Shown in pieces: positions 57,903 through 64,000 of a stretch of DNA of 64,000 nt (the first letter of the stretch is position 1; every line of letters begins with the position of its first letter). A model generated the notes under the pieces. That model was given only the letters and a program-made list of their open reading frames with translations. It was not told the origin of the DNA and did no database searches. The translations under genes were made by a program, and so were the position numbers. This DNA comes from a virus, in IMG/VR virus record IMGVR_UViG_3300042922_000827, positions 23,774-87,773 of that record. One strand, 5' to 3'.

Positions 57903-57921
57903 TTATATATTATATAGGTGA
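57903..57921 (+). promoter_or_regulatory. early-type promoter
   Basis: TTATATATTATA-TAGG-TGA. Confidence 0.75.
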
Positions 57922-58031
57922 CAACAAAATAGAAAGGTTAACAAATTGTGCAAAATCAATTAATATATTTTCCCGAACACAATAGAGTTATATACGAAAG
58001 TATAAAAACTAAAAATTGGGAGGTATATTAT

Positions 58032-58292
58032 ATGATACAATGGGGAAATCCAGACATGGCTATTATTAGTCAACATCTCAGAAGGCAAACCAAGAAGGAT
58101 GAATTGTGCGAATCTCAAATTCAGTTGAATCGACAATTAAGAACCTCTTTGACACATGACTCTGAGCGAAATAATAAAGCTATCATTCATAACCATTTTA
58201 ATATAATTATCAATGTTGGTCAGAACACATCTGAAGAGAAAATAACTTCTATTGTTCAACAGTTAACTACTATAGTTAGTCGAGTTAATTGA
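58032..58292 (+). CDS. small early protein
   Basis: GGGAGGT RBS before ATG 58032 (frame open from 57948). Confidence 0.6.
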   Translation: MIQWGNPDMAIISQHLRRQTKKDELCESQIQLNRQLRTSLTHDSERNNKAIIHNHFNIIINVGQNTSEEKITSIVQQLTTIVSRVN

Positions 58293-58384
58293 TTTACTAG
58301 GTATTTAATTGCACACATTGTAATTTATATAGCCTTTTTATTTTTTGGACATATGAGTAAAAATACATGGGAGGTAATGATATA

Positions 58385-59647
58385 ATGGATAATAATGCAA
58401 CGCATATTCATGAAACTATAATTAGAGATGTAGTTTCAGTAATAAGTGATATCTCATCACAAACAGAACCACTGAAAGGCGTATTTAGCAATAATAGTTT
58501 TAAAAGTATTGCTAAAGGTTCTTCTAATTTAACACTGGTATTTCCTGTATATATGACAGAAAATACTCCAATCGAACCAGGTAGAATGATATGTAAATCA
58601 ATCGAGAGAAAAGCAGTAACGATGCTACAGATGCTCCTTTCTGCAATTTGTATTTCTGATAAGAAAAACGCTGTGGAACATATAAAACAGTTTCATACTA
58701 ACCTAGATAACGATGATGCTTTAACAATTGATGAATTTATTGGCATTGTCGATAAAGTTGCAACGGCAGAATCTTCTGGTATTGATATTATAAATCAAGC
58801 TACGTATGATATGGTTATGGAAGATTTAAGAAACAGTACAAGTCATTGCTTAGATGAAAGCGTAAATCCTAGAAGTGTAAATTCTTATAAAGTGAATACA
58901 GCTATGGCTGATGGTATTATTGTAGAAGCAGATTCTGAAATGGATAGTGGAGCAAATGTTCTTAAAACTGCAATCAGTAACACAAAGGATCAAGTAATTT
59001 CTACCGATATTAAGAAAGCAAATGAATTAGTTCCATCTATGATGGTTATTAAATTTATTAGCGCTATCGATGGTTCCTCCATTCCAACAACAGCTGTTAT
59101 TGGAGTTAAAGCAAAACTTCAATATGTATCATCAACAGATATGATTAATCGCATTGTCATAAAAAATAAAGACAAAAATGGTTTATTTAATTTCTTAAAG
59201 GCTACTACGAGAGAAATTTCTTTCTGGAAAGATTTTGTTTTTGCAGTTGATAGAGCTAAATTAGATGCTTTATCTACAAGTGGAAGAGGGTCTTCTTCTA
59301 AAGACTGGAAATTATTAGAACGTAGAGCTCTTAAAAGTAAAATACGTAGATTTACCGGAATGGTAAACGACGCTAGTGCTATTACAACTTTAATTATTTC
59401 TAAAGAAGAAGCAGAAACTCTTAAGAAAGATTATAGTATTGATGTGAAACGCGCAAGCGTTGTTGCTAATATTATGGATTCATATAACCTTATGGGATTT
59501 GTAGTATGCGATCAAGTATTAGAAAAAGTAGATTTTTTATTTGATGATGGCTCTAATGAATATGAAACAATTTCATTTACACATCTTGAAAGAGAAGAAA
59601 GTGGGAATTATAAAAAAGTAATTAATCTTTTAGCTAAATCTAGATAA
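58385..59647 (+). CDS. putative head/virion structural protein
   Basis: IHET, TAES, LDES, IVEA glutamate sites; GACA-N6-TA variant at 58348-58359. Confidence 0.55.
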   Translation: MDNNATHIHETIIRDVVSVISDISSQTEPLKGVFSNNSFKSIAKGSSNLTLVFPVYMTENTPIEPGRMICKSIERKAVTMLQMLLSAICISDKKNAVEHIKQFHTNLDNDDALTIDEFIGIVDKVATAESSGIDIINQATYDMVMEDLRNSTSHCLDESVNPRSVNSYKVNTAMADGIIVEADSEMDSGANVLKTAISNTKDQVISTDIKKANELVPSMMVIKFISAIDGSSIPTTAVIGVKAKLQYVSSTDMINRIVIKNKDKNGLFNFLKATTREISFWKDFVFAVDRAKLDALSTSGRGSSSKDWKLLERRALKSKIRRFTGMVNDASAITTLIISKEEAETLKKDYSIDVKRASVVANIMDSYNLMGFVVCDQVLEKVDFLFDDGSNEYETISFTHLEREESGNYKKVINLLAKSR

Positions 59648-59662
59648 GGGAGATGATTAGTA

Positions 59663-60835
59663 ATGGCATCTCCAGCAGGATTAACAGTAAAATCTTTAAT
59701 AGCAGATATGGATATAGGAGACTGTATACCGTGTAGATATACAGCTACTTCTGGGACTGTTGGGACGTTCTCTGAATTAGGTACTTCCATAGTAGACGAG
59801 ATACCAATAGCAGGAACTGCTACTCCTGATGGTTTATTCTATTTTATTAAAGTAGATAAAGGTTTATTGATAGCAGATAGAGTAATACAAACAGGAATTA
59901 GTTGGAACGTATTGAATACAGCTAAATATATAGAGGGTATAACGCCACAATCGCAAGATTATAACATTGTGTCTCCTCTAAATATGACAAGTAATAACAC
60001 TCCATCACCATATGTAGTTACTGCAAGTGCAGTAAATGGTTCAGATTATGGATGGAAGGCTTTTGACAATGGGACAATAACCAGATCAATTTGGTATACA
60101 ACTACTGCGGCTCCTTCTGGTGGGCATTGGCTAAAAATATATTTGGGAGAAAAGAAAAAAGTAACTGATCTTTTCTTGGGAAATTTTATAGTATCTGGAG
60201 GATCATATTCTGTAAAAGATTATGAATTATATGGATCTAATAATAATATCGATTTCACGTTGATATTAAAAGGAACACAGTCCAATGCGTCTAGTTATTC
60301 TAGACACAGTTTTGGCGCAGTAGAATATTCATACTATCGCCTAAATATATTAACTAGCTATTACAGTGTATATAATGTTGGTGTAGCTCAGATGGCATTA
60401 GGGTTTACTTCTTCAGCAATAGGAGATAATGTAAAAATACGTTCTTTATCTGGTGGAAATGCTTATCTTGGAACTGATGGTAAGGCTAGTTTAACTGATA
60501 TAGGTATTGGAGCTTGCCCTATTAATAATGAGTGGGATAGATATATAGTAAATGATTCATTAGAAGGAAAGATAACGCCTGGCGATGATATGATATGGAA
60601 TTGGAAAGATACTGTATTTTCTTGGGGTTCTGATACATTAACTAATGGATTTATAAGTGCTGAGAATGGCACTGCTAATAGTTCTTGGAGATCTACTAGA
60701 TGCGATCATCCATCAGTTTCTCATGTAATTGATGCTATGAATGGAATAACATCATCTTATGTAGGTCAATATATAGGTTTTAGACCAGTTTTAGAATATC
60801 CAGATGATAATAGGTGTACAAATGTATGGTATTAA
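59663..60835 (+). CDS. discoidin (F5/8 type C) domain inserted in a C-type-lectin-fold-like protein; putative adhesion/decoration protein
   Basis: WKAFD...W...WLKI...KDYELYGSNN...YYRLNI discoidin pattern; LLIADR, IRSLSGG, NEWD and terminal GFRPVL. Confidence 0.6.
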   Translation: MASPAGLTVKSLIADMDIGDCIPCRYTATSGTVGTFSELGTSIVDEIPIAGTATPDGLFYFIKVDKGLLIADRVIQTGISWNVLNTAKYIEGITPQSQDYNIVSPLNMTSNNTPSPYVVTASAVNGSDYGWKAFDNGTITRSIWYTTTAAPSGGHWLKIYLGEKKKVTDLFLGNFIVSGGSYSVKDYELYGSNNNIDFTLILKGTQSNASSYSRHSFGAVEYSYYRLNILTSYYSVYNVGVAQMALGFTSSAIGDNVKIRSLSGGNAYLGTDGKASLTDIGIGACPINNEWDRYIVNDSLEGKITPGDDMIWNWKDTVFSWGSDTLTNGFISAENGTANSSWRSTRCDHPSVSHVIDAMNGITSSYVGQYIGFRPVLEYPDDNRCTNVWY

Positions 60836-60855
60836 ATATACAGGAGGAAAATAAA

Positions 60856-61863
60856 TTGAAAAGTTATTTTAGAACAGCAGTAAATGAATATATGGATATA
60901 GCCGATGATAAAACTAGAAATGTAGTTTTATCACTTAACGAACAAGATCAAGATAGCGTATTATTATCGTTAACTGGAAAATTATATGAAATGATTGTCG
61001 ACAAGGTAGATGATATAGATTTTGGTGATATTCCAGATACAAAAGGTGATATTACTAAACTTCCATCATATACTAAAATCACATCTAGTATTGATACTCT
61101 TACCGCTATATTAGAACAGTATAAACAATCAACTGAAACTGTTGATACTATTCAAAATGCTTTATCAAATTTGGTAAATCATAAAGAATTATTTAAACGT
61201 GGATATAATGCTAATATTGAAATCATTATGGTTACTTATAGCGAGATTGCTTTAGGTGTTGTTAATAGCATATCATATATGATTGCAGCCACTATCGATT
61301 TTATTAAAAATCCTGGCGATGACGGTTTCAAAATCTCATTAGATAGAACTGGATTGGCAAGAACAAAAGATTCTTTAATCTATTCCAATCTATCTAGATT
61401 TAATGATGCTTGTCGTCAGAATCAATTAGAAAACGCATTTGAGCCTCTTATCAAAGCAAGAGTAAAGAACTTTACAGGAGCTGAAATAGGAATCATTGCT
61501 GGTGGTATTGCCATTGCTGGTATATTGCTTAATATTCTGCCAATCCTTAGAGAAATGACTTTCTTTTTTTATGCAACAAGAACAAGAATTAGCCAGTACT
61601 TTGATCTTCAAGCTGATTTGCTTGAGATGAATGCTAATTCTATACGTATGAATGAAATCGATACGGTTGATGAAAAGAAAAAGGTAATTAAACGCCAGAT
61701 GTCTATTGCTGGTGCGTTCCGTGGCTTGTCAAATAAGATTTGTATTGACCAGACTGGCGCAGAAAAAGATACGCCAAAAGCTATTAAAGCAGAGGATAAA
61801 AAAATGAAAATTGATGATGTTGTTGATACTTTGCCCGATTCAGCAGCACAGTCATTATTCTAA
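60856..61863 (+). CDS. putative virion protein with a transmembrane segment
   Basis: AGGAGG RBS before TTG; VNE and LNE sites; hydrophobic IGIIAGGIAIAGILLNILPIL. Confidence 0.6.
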   Translation: MKSYFRTAVNEYMDIADDKTRNVVLSLNEQDQDSVLLSLTGKLYEMIVDKVDDIDFGDIPDTKGDITKLPSYTKITSSIDTLTAILEQYKQSTETVDTIQNALSNLVNHKELFKRGYNANIEIIMVTYSEIALGVVNSISYMIAATIDFIKNPGDDGFKISLDRTGLARTKDSLIYSNLSRFNDACRQNQLENAFEPLIKARVKNFTGAEIGIIAGGIAIAGILLNILPILREMTFFFYATRTRISQYFDLQADLLEMNANSIRMNEIDTVDEKKKVIKRQMSIAGAFRGLSNKICIDQTGAEKDTPKAIKAEDKKMKIDDVVDTLPDSAAQSLF

Positions 61864-61880
61864 GAAAGGATTGATATAAA

Positions 61881-62837
61881 TTGTTTACAGTTGATAAGAT
61901 AACAACACCAGCTCAATTCGCTCTTGAAATGTTAGAGCAAAATAAAACAAATCCATATAATCCTAAATCATACCAAGAACATGCAGAACATATGGAAAGT
62001 AAAAAGCATAGAAATGAAACTGAGTTTTTGTTAGAAGGGGTAGAAAAAAGAAATGAAGCAATGAGAAAATTAAGTAAGTTTTCAGAATCATTGTCTGAAA
62101 ATCTTTTACACGAATGCTTCTGCACTATCTTTGATAAAATTATGGAAGCTGAAAGGTGCACTAAGCACGAAACCGCGATAGGGCATTCTATGATATCTAA
62201 GCTTATTAAAGAAGAAGGAATCTCTAACCTATTAAGGAGATTTGAACACAAAAGCTTAGTACTTTCAGAATTCGCTAGATTCACTGAAAAATATCATAAA
62301 ATTGCTATGGAAGCAGTGCGAGATAAAATCAATATATCTCCAGATGATGATAGCTGTTATGTTTTAGATAAAGAAATTGCTCAAAAATTTATTGATGATG
62401 TTAGCGATTTAGTTCCAGAAAGAACTATTGATGTCATCAGAGATCGTGTAGAAGATGCTATGCAGGAATTTATTGATCAAAATACTGAAAATAAAATTGC
62501 TATTAAAGATATTTATCTTAAAGCAAAAATGGCAGTAGATAAATCTTCTAGCGATGCGGTTAAAGAAGAACATACTATGCGAGCTAAAGGTTTAGCTGCT
62601 AGAGTGTACGAAAAACCAACAAACGTATTTGGAGCTATGGTTAAATGTGTTGGTGAAGCCGTTGTTGCAACAGAAGCTCTTAAAAAAGAATATATGGATG
62701 GAAACAAAATCAAAATGGAGCATCTGTGCAACGATGTAAGAATTATGTATACTGTACTTGAAATGGCTAACACTTTAAATATAGTAAATGTAAATGAAGC
62801 ATATATCAAACAAATAATCATAGATCTAAAAGAATAA
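61881..62837 (+). CDS. putative virion protein
   Basis: 318 aa, helical, several (I/L/V/M)xE sites, same operon. Confidence 0.6.
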   Translation: MFTVDKITTPAQFALEMLEQNKTNPYNPKSYQEHAEHMESKKHRNETEFLLEGVEKRNEAMRKLSKFSESLSENLLHECFCTIFDKIMEAERCTKHETAIGHSMISKLIKEEGISNLLRRFEHKSLVLSEFARFTEKYHKIAMEAVRDKINISPDDDSCYVLDKEIAQKFIDDVSDLVPERTIDVIRDRVEDAMQEFIDQNTENKIAIKDIYLKAKMAVDKSSSDAVKEEHTMRAKGLAARVYEKPTNVFGAMVKCVGEAVVATEALKKEYMDGNKIKMEHLCNDVRIMYTVLEMANTLNIVNVNEAYIKQIIIDLKE

Positions 62838-62844
62838 AAAATAA

Positions 62845-62870
62845 ACCCCATACTCATATGAGTATGGGGT
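62845..62870. terminator. 26-bp perfect palindrome between convergent genes
   Basis: ACCCCATACTCAT|ATGAGTATGGGGT. Confidence 0.75.
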
Positions 62871-62877
62871 CATTAAT

Positions 62878-63252
62878 TTAAATGAATATTGAAAATTTAT
62901 CGATTTCTGGATAAGCACCCATCAGCCAAAATTTAATATTTCTATTAGAAGATTCTCCACTAATAATTTCTATAAATTCATTTTTTAATAATATTTTATC
63001 TATATTAAATTTTAACCCTAAGTTAATTTTATTTCCAGTTGCAAAGTATAGTACATTACTATTATTGGAGGTATTCACACCAATACTGATTACATTGGCA
63101 GTCTCCAACTCTTGATAGTTGTGCATAAATAATGTCTCTATACATCTTCCTCCTATTTTACCATTTATAAAAATATCATCTATAAAATATTTCATACTAA
63201 TATCTTCTTTTAATTCTAAATCTAATATACAAAAGATATTATTTTTCTTCAT
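62878..63252 (-). CDS. hypothetical protein
   Basis: 124 aa; AGGAG RBS. Confidence 0.7.
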   Translation of the reverse strand: MKKNNIFCILDLELKEDISMKYFIDDIFINGKIGGRCIETLFMHNYQELETANVISIGVNTSNNSNVLYFATGNKINLGLKFNIDKILLKNEFIEIISGESSNRNIKFWLMGAYPEIDKFSIFI

Positions 63253-63405
63253 CGCTAGTGACTCCTATTATTTTATTTTCAGAATCAACCTCTACTACCT
63301 CGTCTGGATTTATTCCATTGAAAGAAAAGAATGATGAATCTAATCCCATTCCGGCTGCTTCCTCGTGTAGTTCTCTTAAAGTCTTTTTCATTTTACATTT
63401 CCCCC

Positions 63406-63990
63406 TTATAATAAATCATTTCCATTTATATCTGTCAATTTTGAAAATCCAATCATATCTATGCTTTCGTATTTTTCTATAAGAAAACATATAATGCTAT
63501 TATCATCTTCTTCATAGTCATTAATAATATTTAATCTTTCTATATTTATTGCATCTTTAAATACTAAATCAATATCTATGAAAACCTGACTATTTGTTTC
63601 ATTTGTTTTTTCTATATTAATTAAGTTAGCTTGTTCTACTCCTGGATAGCCTAAAAATACAGATTCGATACTTTCTTTAATATTATTTATTTCTTTATCT
63701 ATTTCTACACTAGAAACAAACTCATCTATTCTAAATTGGGCTTTAATAGTTTTTTCTGGAACTTCATAGTTTAAAAATCCAATAGTATTTATATCGTCAG
63801 CATCTGCTTTTATTGGGTCTCTAAATCCTATAAAATTGGCACTTACATGCATAGGGAAAACATCATATTCGGATAGTGCATCCTCTATAGCAAGTGGAAC
63901 TTCTAATTCTGAATTTACGATATTCTCTAAATCTACTTGTTCATCTAGATAGACCAATACTTTAATTTCTCCAACTACAATTTTCTTCAT
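63406..63990 (-). CDS. hypothetical acidic protein
   Basis: 194-aa ORF. Confidence 0.7.
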   Translation of the reverse strand: MKKIVVGEIKVLVYLDEQVDLENIVNSELEVPLAIEDALSEYDVFPMHVSANFIGFRDPIKADADDINTIGFLNYEVPEKTIKAQFRIDEFVSSVEIDKEINNIKESIESVFLGYPGVEQANLINIEKTNETNSQVFIDIDLVFKDAINIERLNIINDYEEDDNSIICFLIEKYESIDMIGFSKLTDINGNDLL

Positions 63991-64000
63991 AATAAATCTC

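Noticed and set aside
2940-63482. Many antisense or overlapping ORFs in the track (e.g. 5483..5959, 25587..25985, 37798..38154, 48896..49294, 52664..53086, 63258..63482)
   Set aside because: They are shadows of longer genes on the other strand, lack an RBS and have S/I/L/F-rich composition typical of reverse-read AT-rich coding DNA.
1-64000. Stop-codon reassignment as in some jumbo phages
   Set aside because: Coding density is high under the standard code, core genes are uninterrupted, and TAA, TAG and TGA all end genes.
1-64000. tRNA or rRNA genes
   Set aside because: Intergenic gaps are short and AT-rich with no cloverleaf; the TTCGAA copies at 10270-10435 lack tRNA stems.

Overview
This is a gene-dense, very AT-rich 64-kb segment of a jumbo myophage of the phiKZ/AR9/PBS1-related type. 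The host is probably a Firmicute (strong AGGAGG RBSs; inference). No rRNA, tRNA or CRISPR array was seen. Replication and transcription genes: split family-B DNA polymerase, DnaG-type primase, GroEL-like chaperonin, catalytic RNA polymerase beta-prime fragment (GGDYDGD) and a candidate AR9 gp226-like promoter-specificity subunit. Virion genes: T4 gp21-type prohead protease, major capsid protein, neck, baseplate and tail-chaperone genes, and four tandem internal-head paralogs. Also present are an HNH endonuclease, a GH73 glucosaminidase and many small early genes. A regulatory grammar can be read from the DNA: 12 copies of an early-type promoter TTATATATTATA-N4-TGA, an AR9-type late promoter AACA-N6-TA in front of structural genes, and about 25 intergenic inverted repeats, nine of them spacer-less palindromes. 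The most notable candidates are: (1) adjacent late proteins in which enzyme modules (GNAT acetyltransferase, permuted papain-like domain, membrane module) are bounded by prohead-protease-type sites sharing the hexapeptide ALNEES, suggesting polyprotein cargo packaged in the head; (2) AR9-like promoters plus a sigma-like gene, hinting at uracil-containing DNA; (3) a U-UUU-UUA -1 frameshift in the tail chaperone; (4) an exact 42-bp palindrome-containing direct repeat flanking one gene. All product calls come from motif recognition by eye; no database search was run. Several start codons were moved from the ORF track to the RBS-supported start.
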